A stretch of DNA of 39,210 nucleotides from the NCBI GenBank assembly GCA_964622935.1, contig CAZUQY010000002.1:1-39210 (forward strand). Reading direction: 5' to 3'. Source of the DNA: an uncultured Bacteroidales bacterium (GTDB lineage Bacteria; Bacteroidota; Bacteroidia; Bacteroidales; ML635J-15). The notes under the pieces were generated by a model, which was not told where the DNA came from, did not search any database, and saw only the letters and a list, made by a program, of their open reading frames with translations. The position numbers and the translations under genes were made by a program. This document shows, one piece after another, positions 1-9,268 of this stretch. Each line of letters opens with the position of its first letter. The first letter of the stretch is position 1.

Positions 1-87
1 CATTTCAGAAAGAGAGAAAACTTAACCCCTGTTGCATTTACTAATTGAATTTTTCTGAGCTAGAGTTCGGAGTTTGGAGACCTGAAG

Positions 88-120
88 AAAAAAAAATCCC
101 TCCAAGAAAACCTGAAGGGA
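88..120 (-). terminator. Intrinsic terminator downstream of the methionine gamma-lyase-like gene
   Basis: Minus-strand RNA folds as UCCCUUCAGG / UUUU loop / CUUGGAGGGA, a 10-bp stem including 2 G-U pairs (+ strand arms 97-106 and 111-120). A U9 run follows (A-run 88-96 on + strand). The structure starts 18 nt past the stop codon at 138-140. Confidence 0.7.
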
Positions 121-137
121 CAAATTCAATATTTTTT

Positions 138-1319
138 TTATACTAATTCCAAAGCATGTTCAATATCACTAATGATATCTTCATAATCTTCGATACCAAC
201 TGAATATCTTACAAGTCCATCAGTAATACCTGCTGATTCACGTGATTCAGGAGATAAACCAGCATGTGTCATTGAAGCTGGGTGTTGAATTAAAGATTCT
301 ACTCCACCTAAAGAAACTGCAAGCATTGCAAGATGAACATTATTCATCATTGTTTCACCTGCTGCAAATCCGCCTTTTAATCCAAAGCTAATCATAGAAC
401 CAAATCCTGACATTTGAGCTTTCGCAAGTTCATGTTGTGGATGAGAATTAAGACCAGGGTACTTAACCCACTCAACTTTTGGATGATTCTCTAAGAAATC
501 TGCAACTTTTCTTGCACTTTGTTCTGATCTTTCCATTCTAATTGCCAATGTCTTAAGTCCTCTATTTACCATATATGCTTGATGTGGATCCATATTACAA
601 CCCATATAAACCATAGTCTGGCGTAGTTTTTTGTAAACCTCAGGATCTTTTGCGATCAACGCTCCACCAACAATATCAGCATGACCATTGATGAATTTAG
701 TAATTGAATGCAAAGCAATATCAGCACCTAATTCAAGTGGTTTTTGCAAATAAGGTGAGCAGAAAGTATTATCAACACATACAAGAATATTATGCTTATG
801 TGCTAATTCAGAAACAGCTTTCAAATCAGTAATAACCATAGTAGGATTAGTAGGAGTCTCAATATACAAAAGCTTTGTGTTTGGCTTTATTGCTTTTTCA
901 ATTTGAGAAATATCAGATGTATCAACATAAGTATAATCTACACCAAATCTTGAGAAATCTCTTTCCATAACAGCACGAGTCGGACCATAAACAGCACTAG
1001 AACTAATCATATGTGCATCTTTATCCAACAAAGCCATATAGACAGTTGAAACTGCAGCCATTCCACTTGACAATGCAATTCCTCGATAACCATTCTCAAG
1101 CTGAGCTAACTTCTCTTCAAATGAATTAATTGTTGGATTACCAATTCTAGTATAAATATATCCAGAATCCCTGCCAGCAAAACAATCAGCCCCGTGTTTT
1201 GCATTTTTAAATCTAAAAGTTGATGTTTGATAAATTGGAGGTACTGCGCTACCTAAAGCATCTTCATAATCTCCTGCATGAATAAGTTTGGTATTAAAAC
1301 CTTTGTTTCTTGTTTCCAT
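138..1319 (-). CDS. megL: Cys/Met-metabolism PLP-dependent enzyme, most like L-methionine gamma-lyase
   Basis: 393-aa ORF with family hallmarks: KLIHAG, PPIYQTSTF, YTRIGNPT, PLP-lysine context HSITKFINGH, and C-terminal HPASMTHA...GLVRYSVGIED. Length and CFAG segment fit methionine gamma-lyase better than the longer O-acetylhomoserine sulfhydrylases. The exact subfamily is an inference. Confidence 0.8.
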   Translation of the reverse strand: METRNKGFNTKLIHAGDYEDALGSAVPPIYQTSTFRFKNAKHGADCFAGRDSGYIYTRIGNPTINSFEEKLAQLENGYRGIALSSGMAAVSTVYMALLDKDAHMISSSAVYGPTRAVMERDFSRFGVDYTYVDTSDISQIEKAIKPNTKLLYIETPTNPTMVITDLKAVSELAHKHNILVCVDNTFCSPYLQKPLELGADIALHSITKFINGHADIVGGALIAKDPEVYKKLRQTMVYMGCNMDPHQAYMVNRGLKTLAIRMERSEQSARKVADFLENHPKVEWVKYPGLNSHPQHELAKAQMSGFGSMISFGLKGGFAAGETMMNNVHLAMLAVSLGGVESLIQHPASMTHAGLSPESRESAGITDGLVRYSVGIEDYEDIISDIEHALELV

Positions 1320-1353
1320 ATTATTAAATGATTCAAAATTTTATTTCAAAGCA

Positions 1354-1361
1354 CAAAATTA
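1354..1361 (-). promoter_or_regulatory. Bacteroidota-type -7 promoter box (TAATTTTG) for the megL-like gene
   Basis: Exact match to the TAnnTTTG consensus on the minus strand, 34 nt upstream of the ATG at 1319. Motif match only. Confidence 0.4.
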
Positions 1362-1496
1362 AAAAACTTATAAATAAAACCTAAAAAAATCATTCTAAAT
1401 AAGTTACAGAATATCATTCATAAACAAAGTATTATAAAGTTAAACATAATTATCATTTTAGAATAATTAACAAACTTTATAGAGATTAAAATTAAT

Positions 1497-1527
1497 TTTG
1501 GCTAAAGCAAAAATATATATATATTTG
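1497..1527 (+). promoter_or_regulatory. Promoter of tRNA-Cys (-33 TTTG plus -7 TATATTTG)
   Basis: TTTG at 1497-1500 and TATATTTG at 1520-1527 are separated by 19 nt, matching the Bacteroides sigma-A type consensus. The mature tRNA 5' end lies 12 nt after the box. Confidence 0.55.
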
Positions 1528-1539
1528 CATTCCTGTTAC

Positions 1540-1610
1540 GGTACCTTGGCCGAGTGGCTAGGCACCGGTCTGCAAAACCGGCTACGGCGGTTCGACTCCG
1601 CCAGGTACCT
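1540..1610 (+). tRNA. tRNA-Cys (anticodon GCA)
   Basis: 71-nt cloverleaf. Acceptor GGTACCT/AGGTACC; anticodon stem CCGGT/ACCGG with loop CTGCAAA (GCA); T arm GGCGG-TTCGACT-CCGCC; discriminator T. CCA is not encoded. Confidence 0.95.
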
Positions 1611-1613
1611 CAT

Positions 1614-1642
1614 AAAAAAGACACCCATTAAGGTGTCTTTTT
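1614..1642. terminator. Bidirectional intrinsic terminator (tRNA-Cys on +, EamA gene on -)
   Basis: AAAGACACC (1617-1625) / 6-nt loop / GGTGTCTTT (1632-1640). An A-run lies on the left and a T-run on the right. Confidence 0.7.
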
Positions 1643-1684
1643 ACTTTATAAGATGTTTTAAAAAAAATTAGGCAAATATCGTTC

Positions 1685-2587
1685 TTACTTTTGACTAAAA
1701 ATTCTATATTTTAATTGAGATATCACAACACCAATTATTACGATTAAAATTCCTAAAATTTTCTTTGGCCCGATTTCTTCGCCGAGAAAGAAATAAGAAA
1801 CGATTATTGTAAAAATAGGAATCACGTTTGTAAAAACATTCACTTTTGTAACTGACATGAATTTTAGACCATACATGTAAAAAAGGAAAGCCAATGTAGA
1901 TGCAAAAAAACCAAGATTAAAAATTGCCCAGAATGCTTCTTCAACAAATCCAGTAACCATTATATCATTACGGGAGAATATCGCCAATAAAGGAGCAAAA
2001 TAAATCATACCTATAATGTTTTGCCATATAATAATATTGAATATTGAATATTCGTCAGGTATCTTTTTAATCATTACACTATACCCATTTGCTGCAATAA
2101 TAGCAAGAAATAGCAATCCCAATCCTATCAAAGAAACCTGCAAACTCATATCTTTTCCTAATACCAGGACAACAATTCCAGTTATAGAAATAACAATTCC
2201 CAAAACATTTAAAACAGTTATTCTCTCGTTAAGAAAATAATAAGCTACAAATGGAGTAAACAATGGGATAACAGAAATAATAACAGATGCCATTGATGGG
2301 TCAACATAAGACAATCCGGTAGTTTCGCCAATAAAATAGAGAAACGGCTCAAACAATGCCAACAATAAAAACATTGGCCAGTGTTTTTTCGCTGGAAAAC
2401 GAAATTTCTTAGTGACAATCAACACGGGAACCATCACAATTGTTGATACCAATAATCTGAAAAAAACTATTGTGATTGAATTATAATGAGATAGTGCTAC
2501 TTTGCTCCAAACAAACGAGGTGCCCCACAAAATCATAGAAATCGTTAATAGGACATAAACAAGAATCAGTTTTCTATTATTATTCAT
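1685..2587 (-). CDS. EamA/DMT-family transporter (10-TM permease)
   Basis: 300-aa, highly hydrophobic ORF with two EamA-like halves. Substrate unknown. Confidence 0.75.
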   Translation of the reverse strand: MNNNRKLILVYVLLTISMILWGTSFVWSKVALSHYNSITIVFFRLLVSTIVMVPVLIVTKKFRFPAKKHWPMFLLLALFEPFLYFIGETTGLSYVDPSMASVIISVIPLFTPFVAYYFLNERITVLNVLGIVISITGIVVLVLGKDMSLQVSLIGLGLLFLAIIAANGYSVMIKKIPDEYSIFNIIIWQNIIGMIYFAPLLAIFSRNDIMVTGFVEEAFWAIFNLGFFASTLAFLFYMYGLKFMSVTKVNVFTNVIPIFTIIVSYFFLGEEIGPKKILGILIVIIGVVISQLKYRIFSQK

Positions 2588-2613
2588 TTATTATTCAGAC
2601 CCAAATAAAATTA

Positions 2614-4149
2614 CTACAACTTTTTCAGAAGATTTTTCATGTCAATCTTCTCTTTCACAATTTGAGCAATCTTATCAATTGAAACTCTCTCCTGTTCCAT
2701 AGTGTCGCGATGTCTTAGGGTAACAGTTCTATCTTCTACACTCTGGTGGTCAACAGTTATACAGAATGGAGTTCCAATTGCATCCTGACGACGATAACGC
2801 TTGCCAATTGAATCTTTCTCCTCATATTGACAGTTCATATCAAATTTAAGCTCATTCAAAATTTCTCGTGCAATTTCTGGCAATCCATCCTTTTTAACCA
2901 ATGGTAGCACCGCAACTTTAATTGGCGCCAATGGAGCAGGAAAATTTAGCACAACACGGATTTCGTCTCCAACTTTCTCTTCATTGTAACATGCTGACAA
3001 AATACTCAAGAATGTACGATCTAACCCAATAGAAGTTTCTACAACATAAGGAACAAAACTCTCACCAGACTCATTATCAAAATATCTGATTTTTTTACCT
3101 GAAAATTCTTCATGCTGCGATAAATCAAAGTCAGTTCTCGAATGAATTCCTTCCAACTCTTTAAACCCAAATGGAAATTCAAATTCAATATCGAATGCTG
3201 CATTTGCATAATGAGCAAGTTTATCATGTTCGTGCCAACGATATTTTTGTGGATCGATACCCATGGCAAAATGCCATTTCATACGTTTATCTTTCCACTC
3301 CTCAAACCATTTCATCTCTTCGCCAGGTTTAACAAAATATTGCATTTCCATCTGCTCAAATTCACGCATACGAAAAATAAACTGACGAGCTACAATCTCA
3401 TTACGAAACGCTTTACCAATTTGAGCGATCCCAAACGGCAATTTCATACGACCAGTTTTTTGAACATTTAGATAATTCACAAAGATTCCCTGAGCTGTTT
3501 CAGGACGTAGATATATCGTGTTTGCACCTTCGGTAACAGAGCCAAGCTTCGTATTAAACATTAAATTAAATTGGCGTACTTCAGTCCAATTACGACTACC
3601 AGAAACGGGACAAGCTATTTCCAAATCAATAATGATCTGCCTTACCTTATCAAGGTCGTCTGCTTCTAATGCAGCAACAAAATTTTCAGTAATTTCTTTA
3701 ATTTTTGCATTATATCCTAGAACTCTTGGATTAGTTGCAAGGAATTGATCTTCGTCAAAGTCATCGCCAAATCTTTTTCTTGCTTTGGTTACTTCCTTTT
3801 TTACTTTATCTCTAATTTTTTCGATATAATCCTCAATTAAAACATCAGCACGATATCTCTTTTTAGAATCTTTGTTATCAATCAAAGGATCATTAAATGC
3901 ATCAACGTGACCAGATGCTTTCCAAACAGTTGGGTGCATAAAAATGGCAGAATCAATTCCAACAACCTCCTCATTCATCTGAGTCATTGCTTTCCACCAA
4001 TATTCCTTAATGTTATTCTTTAACTCTGCCCCATTCTGTCCATAATCATATACAGCACTAAGCCCATCATACAATTCCGATGATTGAAAAATAAAACCGT
4101 ATTCTTTGCAGTGTGCAACAATTTTCTTGAAAAGATCTTCATGTACCAT
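2614..4149 (-). CDS. glyQS: Glycine--tRNA ligase (dimeric class II GlyRS)
   Basis: 511-aa ORF. N-terminus ...CKEYGFIFQSSELYDGLSAVYDYGQNGAELKNNIKEYWW, class II core, and C-terminal anticodon-binding domain. Confidence 0.93.
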   Translation of the reverse strand: MVHEDLFKKIVAHCKEYGFIFQSSELYDGLSAVYDYGQNGAELKNNIKEYWWKAMTQMNEEVVGIDSAIFMHPTVWKASGHVDAFNDPLIDNKDSKKRYRADVLIEDYIEKIRDKVKKEVTKARKRFGDDFDEDQFLATNPRVLGYNAKIKEITENFVAALEADDLDKVRQIIIDLEIACPVSGSRNWTEVRQFNLMFNTKLGSVTEGANTIYLRPETAQGIFVNYLNVQKTGRMKLPFGIAQIGKAFRNEIVARQFIFRMREFEQMEMQYFVKPGEEMKWFEEWKDKRMKWHFAMGIDPQKYRWHEHDKLAHYANAAFDIEFEFPFGFKELEGIHSRTDFDLSQHEEFSGKKIRYFDNESGESFVPYVVETSIGLDRTFLSILSACYNEEKVGDEIRVVLNFPAPLAPIKVAVLPLVKKDGLPEIAREILNELKFDMNCQYEEKDSIGKRYRRQDAIGTPFCITVDHQSVEDRTVTLRHRDTMEQERVSIDKIAQIVKEKIDMKNLLKKL

Positions 4150-4168
4150 ATTACAATTGAATTAATTT

Positions 4169-4747
4169 CTATCTATTAAATAAGATTCCTAATTGAAAAA
4201 CCGGACAAAAATACAAATCATTTTGGTAATCTAACGTAGATAAACAAATAACCTGAGTTGTCAAAGAGATCTTTTTTGACAAGTAGTAGTCTACACTTAG
4301 CATAGGATATGCAACCCAAACAGGATAAGTATAATAATTACCTGATATTATTTCCGTTCCAGATTGTTCCTCAATGTGGATGTTTTTAATTCTCCCTTTT
4401 CCTCCACTCAAAGCAATGCAAAACCTAAACTTTTCGCCAAAATAAGTATAACCAGCAAATACCCCCCCATACCCTAAATTAATATATGAATTCTCGGATT
4501 GAGTAGAGACATAACCGGTTTTCTGGGAACCACCTATAAGGCCTAAAGTAAAATGATCCTTTATATAAAATCTCAGCAAGCCTCCAATTCCAAAACCCAA
4601 ACTATTAATCTCCTGATTGGGGTTACTGGTAATTGTATACCCAGGTTGAAAAAAAAGCATACCTCCACTATACATAGGACTTTTATTCTGTGCAAAAATC
4701 AACTGAAAGAATACAATGAGTATAAGAAATAAAAGACTTTTTTTCAT
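4169..4747 (-). CDS. Small outer-membrane beta-barrel protein (hypothetical)
   Basis: 192-aa ORF with signal peptide MKKSLLFLILIVFFQLIFAQ. Shows alternating Gly/aromatic beta-strand pattern. Begins 6 nt after the stop of the MORN gene. Confidence 0.5.
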   Translation of the reverse strand: MKKSLLFLILIVFFQLIFAQNKSPMYSGGMLFFQPGYTITSNPNQEINSLGFGIGGLLRFYIKDHFTLGLIGGSQKTGYVSTQSENSYINLGYGGVFAGYTYFGEKFRFCIALSGGKGRIKNIHIEEQSGTEIISGNYYTYPVWVAYPMLSVDYYLSKKISLTTQVICLSTLDYQNDLYFCPVFQLGILFNR

Positions 4748-4753
4748 CTGGCT

Positions 4754-6538
4754 TTAATTTCCTGGCAATTCTATACTTTTATCAATTAGTACATCAGTTT
4801 CTCTATTGCCATGAAATACTGATTGATAAACAACCGCTCCTCTTTGATCCCAATATGTTGATTTACCTTCCTTCATGCCATCTTTATAATTAACTTCAGA
4901 GTCTCTACCTCCAAAATTATAATAGGTTTGCCATTTACCATCAGGATTATCAATTTTATAATACTCTATTTTGAGAATCATTTCACTATTATTTCTGTAT
5001 ACCCATTTCCCATCTCTTAAACCTTCGTGATAATTCCCAGAGATAATTTCAAACCCTCTAATATTATAAGTTTTATAAGTGCCATCTAGAACAGATGTAG
5101 TTTTGTTTTTAATGCTAAAATCGTCATCCGAAACAACTTCAATAAGCTTATATGATTCTTCAAGTTGTTTTTTTCCATTAGGAAACCAAAAGTAATTTTT
5201 TCCACAAATCAATCCATCTTTGTATTCTGTTACTGTTTTTTTCTGACCATTTTCGTGCCATGTCTGCCATTCTCCCTGCATTATCCCAAAATCATATGTG
5301 CCTTGCATTGTCAATGTACCATCATCATACCACTCTTTCCATTCTCCTACTTCTGTGTCATTTTCAAATTGTCCTTGTCTAAACATTTGACCATTTTCGA
5401 AATAAACATTCCAAACACCATCTTTCTTTCCAGAAGTATAATCCACTTCTTTCCATATTTGCTTATTCGAATACCAAAAAGTCCATTTGCCCTCCATTTT
5501 ACCTCTGATATAATTACCTTCGTTACCTTTAGAGCCATCCGATCTCCAATAGGTCCATAGTCCATCCTGCAAATCATTTTTGAAACTGCCATCAATATCA
5601 TTTTTTCCATCTTCTAACCAGAAATGAGCTTCCCCATTTTTAACTCCATTAACGTAAAATAATTCGGATTGCTTTTTCCCATTTTTATAAAATTTAGTCT
5701 GCAAACCATCACGTACATCATCTTTATAAGTATTAGTACTTCTCACCTGACCAGAAGGATACCAAAATGTCCACACACCTTGTCTTTTACTGTCAATCAA
5801 TTGACCCTCCATTTCCTTATTCCCATCAATTGCCCAATAAATATTAAATCCATTAATATAGGATATTTCACTTTTTTTATTCCCATTATCATACCATTCC
5901 AACCAAATTCCAACTCTTTCTCCTAGCTGAAATTCTCCCTCCGATTCTTTTTGTCCGTTTTCATGATAATAAGCCCATTTACCTTGTTCGCGTCCATTAA
6001 CAAAGTTACCCTCAGACATTTTATTCAAATTATTATAAAACCTAATCATCTCACCATTGCCATCAATCACAGTTTGTTTTCCATCTGGGGCATAAAACTT
6101 CTGCATTTTTTTTAAAAACCCTTTTTGATAAACAACCTCAGATTGCAATTTTCCATTTTCATAATACAATTGCCAAATAGAATCCTTAAGATTGCTATGA
6201 TAATTTCCTTTGACCTTTGGGTTTCCATTTTCGAAATACTCGCAAAATTCACCATGCCTTTGGTTTGCCCAATAATTATATTTCTCTTTAACACTTCCAT
6301 CAATGAAATAAACAATATTTTCACCATGAATCATATCTTTATAGTGATCTATTTGTGCCATTTTTTTTCCATTTGGGCTAAAATAATTCCACGTGCCATA
6401 TTTTTGACCAAGATGGAGTGTGCCATTTTCCCTAATTTGTTCGTTTTTATAAAACACAGTATCTTCAATATACTCCTGAGCATAAAGACAAACAGACAAA
6501 AATGTCATTAAGATAAAAACTGTTGATTTTCTTTTCAT
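4754..6538 (-). CDS. Secreted MORN-repeat-variant (YwqK-like repeat) protein
   Basis: About 20 tandem units of about 23 aa, of the type G.W..Yy.NG.k..eg.y..G...G.W. The track start at 6568 is a TTG. The ATG at 6538 gives MKRKSTVFILMTFLSVCLYAQ, a classic signal peptide, so 6538 is preferred. Confidence 0.8.
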   Translation of the reverse strand: MKRKSTVFILMTFLSVCLYAQEYIEDTVFYKNEQIRENGTLHLGQKYGTWNYFSPNGKKMAQIDHYKDMIHGENIVYFIDGSVKEKYNYWANQRHGEFCEYFENGNPKVKGNYHSNLKDSIWQLYYENGKLQSEVVYQKGFLKKMQKFYAPDGKQTVIDGNGEMIRFYNNLNKMSEGNFVNGREQGKWAYYHENGQKESEGEFQLGERVGIWLEWYDNGNKKSEISYINGFNIYWAIDGNKEMEGQLIDSKRQGVWTFWYPSGQVRSTNTYKDDVRDGLQTKFYKNGKKQSELFYVNGVKNGEAHFWLEDGKNDIDGSFKNDLQDGLWTYWRSDGSKGNEGNYIRGKMEGKWTFWYSNKQIWKEVDYTSGKKDGVWNVYFENGQMFRQGQFENDTEVGEWKEWYDDGTLTMQGTYDFGIMQGEWQTWHENGQKKTVTEYKDGLICGKNYFWFPNGKKQLEESYKLIEVVSDDDFSIKNKTTSVLDGTYKTYNIRGFEIISGNYHEGLRDGKWVYRNNSEMILKIEYYKIDNPDGKWQTYYNFGGRDSEVNYKDGMKEGKSTYWDQRGAVVYQSVFHGNRETDVLIDKSIELPGN

Positions 6539-6780
6539 ACTTATAAATTTATGTATTATCTTGCTCAAAACATGCTAAAATGTTTTTCAACGACAATCTG
6601 CTTTGACGCCAGATATTTTTATTTTATACCAAACTTATACAAAATTAACATTTAAGCTAAAAAAAGATTGACGCTGTTTTGCTTTGTTACAAACAATAAA
6701 TTATTGATAACTTAAACACATTGATATTCAGTTAAATAACGTAAGATAAATATATATATTTCGCTTTTTTTTTTAAATAA

Positions 6781-7656
6781 ATGAAGAAATATTTGGTAAA
6801 AGATACAAATCATGTTAAATTTGTTCATAAAATTGTTGATAAAATTTGTAAAAGCGTGAAATACAGTACTTTAACTTTTTTGATTATTATGATGATCTTT
6901 GCAGGTAAAACTGTAAAGGCAGATGAAATGATTCTGAAAGGTGTATATCAGGGTTTGGATCTATACATAATAAATCCTATGTTAGATATTGGTGAAGAAT
7001 ATTGCGCATACGAAGTTCTCATTAATGGAACTCCGTTTAATGATGTTATCAATTCAAGTGCGTTTAGAATAACTTTAGACTATGTAGGTCTTCAGTTTGG
7101 TCAGGAATATGAAGTAATAATTAAGCATCATCCAGACTGCACTCCCAAACTTGTAAATCCAGAAGTTTTAAAACCACTTAGCACATATGAATTGCTTAGT
7201 TATGAACTTGGTTACAACGACATACTTAATTTCACGACACATAAAGAATCTGGTAAACTTACATTTTATATAGAAGAATTCAGATGGAACAAATGGATTC
7301 AAATAGGAGAAATTCTTGGCGAAGGTGGTCCTGATGATAGAGTTTACAGTCAAAAGATTTATCCTTTCGATGGAGAAAACCGTTACCGAATATATCAGAC
7401 TGATCATCTAAATCGCAAATTTTACTCGGACGAAATGATAATAAAAGTTGACAAAAAGGATGTGAAAGTCACTTGTTCTCTAAAAAAAGTTAAAAGAGAA
7501 ATTACATTCTCTGGCGATACATATTATTCAGTTATAAACCAATTTGGAGAAGAACTTATTACCGGAAACGGAAATGTGGTAGATGTTTCCAATCTTAAAA
7601 AAGGAGAGTATTTTTTAAATTTTGAAAATGAATACGAAGTCTTCAAGAAAAGATAA
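6781..7656 (+). CDS. Hypothetical secreted protein with probable T9SS C-terminal sorting domain
   Basis: 291-aa ORF with an N-terminal hydrophobic signal (TLTFLIIMMIFAGKTVKA). The C-terminal tail ...ITFSGDTYYSVINQFGEELITGNGNVVDVSNLKKGEYFLNFENEYEVFKKR resembles Por/T9SS CTDs. Confidence 0.5.
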   Translation: MKKYLVKDTNHVKFVHKIVDKICKSVKYSTLTFLIIMMIFAGKTVKADEMILKGVYQGLDLYIINPMLDIGEEYCAYEVLINGTPFNDVINSSAFRITLDYVGLQFGQEYEVIIKHHPDCTPKLVNPEVLKPLSTYELLSYELGYNDILNFTTHKESGKLTFYIEEFRWNKWIQIGEILGEGGPDDRVYSQKIYPFDGENRYRIYQTDHLNRKFYSDEMIIKVDKKDVKVTCSLKKVKREITFSGDTYYSVINQFGEELITGNGNVVDVSNLKKGEYFLNFENEYEVFKKR

Positions 7657-7678
7657 GACTTAAAGGGGTGTATTCTAA

Positions 7679-7708
7679 AGAGGCATATTTCTAATGCCTC
7701 TTTTTTTT
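7679..7708 (+). terminator. Intrinsic terminator after the T9SS-cargo gene
   Basis: AGAGGCAT (7679-7686) / 7-nt loop / ATGCCTCT (7694-7701), then a T8 run (7701-7708). Confidence 0.75.
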
Positions 7709-7719
7709 AATTTTACAGA

Positions 7720-8712
7720 ATGAAATTTAATTACAATGCATATAAGGATGCCATTTTTAAAATCTCGACAGATGATGAATTCTTATATCTTTCTCTATCT
7801 GCATTTTTGCATCAATACCAAAATAACAGCATATACAACGATTACTGCAATCTACTAAAGATAAATCCTAAAAGTGTCAGTAAACTCGAGGATATTCCAT
7901 TTTTACCCATAGAGTTTTTCAAAACTAAAAAAGTTATTACAGGCAATGCCGAGGAAGAAACCGTTTTTCTATCAAGTGGAACAACCGGAAGCACTTCATC
8001 TCATCATTATGTGAGTGACATACAATTATATAAGTCCAGTTTTTTAAGTACTTTCTTTTTAAGATATGGCAATCCTAAAGACATTGTAGTTTTAGGCTTA
8101 CTCCCCTCCTATCTTGAAAGAGGTGGATCTAGCCTAGTCTATATGGTTAATGAGCTAATACGCTTAACAGGCAATAGTAAAAGTGGTTTTTATCTTACCA
8201 ATTTTCAAGATTTATATCAAAACATCTGCGAACTTGAGAATAAGCTTACCAAATACATATTAATTGGTGTCAGCTATGCATTATTGGATTTTGCAGAAAA
8301 ATATAAACCTGAAATAAAAAATGGGATTGTGATGGAAACCGGGGGTATGAAAGGACAAAGAAAAGAGTTAACAAAGGCAGAACTTCATTCAGTTCTTTGT
8401 AGATCCTTTAAAACGGATTCTATTCATTCAGAATACGGCATGACAGAGCTTCTTTCACAAGCATATTCCCAAGAAAATGGGATTTTTAATCCTCCTACGC
8501 ATTTGCAAATACTGACAAGAGATTATTATGATCCGTTATCTGTTTCGCAAACTGGCACTGGAGCCATAAACATTATTGATTTAGCAAATATTAATTCATG
8601 CTGCTTTATCGCAACCTCAGATTTAGGTACTGTTTACTCAAATAGGACATTCAGCATTTCTGGGAGATTAGACAATGCAGATATCAGAGGGTGTAATTTA
8701 CTGGTATATTAG
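7720..8712 (+). CDS. LuxE-like acyl-protein synthetase / adenylate-forming family protein
   Basis: 330-aa ORF. N-terminal ...IPFLPIEFFK... and SSGTTG adenylation motif are typical of the LuxE/PaaK-like family found in Bacteroidota. No luxC or luxD is nearby. Confidence 0.65.
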   Translation: MKFNYNAYKDAIFKISTDDEFLYLSLSAFLHQYQNNSIYNDYCNLLKINPKSVSKLEDIPFLPIEFFKTKKVITGNAEEETVFLSSGTTGSTSSHHYVSDIQLYKSSFLSTFFLRYGNPKDIVVLGLLPSYLERGGSSLVYMVNELIRLTGNSKSGFYLTNFQDLYQNICELENKLTKYILIGVSYALLDFAEKYKPEIKNGIVMETGGMKGQRKELTKAELHSVLCRSFKTDSIHSEYGMTELLSQAYSQENGIFNPPTHLQILTRDYYDPLSVSQTGTGAINIIDLANINSCCFIATSDLGTVYSNRTFSISGRLDNADIRGCNLLVY

Positions 8713-8817
8713 AACTTATATCGTACTTATTTAGAGGTTGATAAAAAGTGATAATGCATATCGTCACTCTCATCAGTTCTACTCAAACCCAACTAAATTA
8801 ATAATATATACCGATTA

Positions 8818-9249
8818 TTACACTGGAATCTTATTTATTCTATTGATATGTCGTCCACCCTCGAAACCAGTATTTAAAAAAGCTTCGACAATCCTGACAG
8901 CCTCATCAGAAGAAATAAATCTTGCAGGCAAAGCACAAATATTTGCATTATTATGCAATCTTGCCAACTTAGAAATTTCCATATTCCAACACAAAGCACT
9001 CCTAATGCCTTGATGCTTGTTTACGGTCATATTTATTCCATTTCCACTACCGCAAATAGAAATCCCAATTTCACATTTTCCAGACTCTACAGCCTCAGCC
9101 AATGGGTGGGCGTAATCCGGATAATCACAACTTTCTTCAGACCATGTACCAAAATCCATGTACTCAAATTCAAGTGTTTGTACATATTCTATTAGTCGAT
9201 TTTTTAATCCAACCCCAGCGTGGTCACAAGCAAATCCAATTTTCATCAT
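8818..9249 (-). CDS. rpiB: Ribose-5-phosphate isomerase B
   Basis: 143-aa ORF. MKIGFACDHAGVGLKN..., CGSGNGI and RHINRI motifs of the RpiB/LacAB family. Confidence 0.9.
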   Translation of the reverse strand: MMKIGFACDHAGVGLKNRLIEYVQTLEFEYMDFGTWSEESCDYPDYAHPLAEAVESGKCEIGISICGSGNGINMTVNKHQGIRSALCWNMEISKLARLHNNANICALPARFISSDEAVRIVEAFLNTGFEGGRHINRINKIPV

Positions 9250-9268
9250 TCAATTATTTAAATTTATG

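Noticed and set aside
1320-1539. Possible SAM/Met riboswitch or sRNA in the 220-nt spacer upstream of the methionine gamma-lyase-like gene.
   Set aside because: The sequence is almost pure A/T with no G/C-containing helices or conserved riboswitch cores. It is explained by two back-to-back promoters, one for megL and one for tRNA-Cys.
5165-6511. Long antisense ORFs inside the MORN-repeat gene (131 aa at 5165-5560, 85 aa at 5669-5926, 128 aa at 6125-6511).
   Set aside because: Antisense stop codons arise from sense TTA, CTA and TCA codons. The Gly/Trp/Tyr/Asn/Lys-rich, Leu-poor repeat sequence simply lacks them. The translations are low-complexity Ile/Phe/Pro strings with no start or promoter context.
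4754-6538. Possible toxin-antitoxin module, suggested by the usual YwqK-family antitoxin label for MORN-repeat-variant proteins.
   Set aside because: The protein has a Sec signal peptide and is about 594 aa of repeats. No YwqJ-like deaminase or other toxin gene is adjacent.
6603-6726. Direct repeats TTGACGC (6603 and 6668) and ATTGATA (6703 and 6720) in the divergent MORN / T9SS-cargo spacer, considered as candidate transcription-factor sites.
   Set aside because: A repeated 7-mer within a spacer of about 200 nt is roughly what chance predicts. There is no dyad symmetry or conserved spacing to support a binding site.
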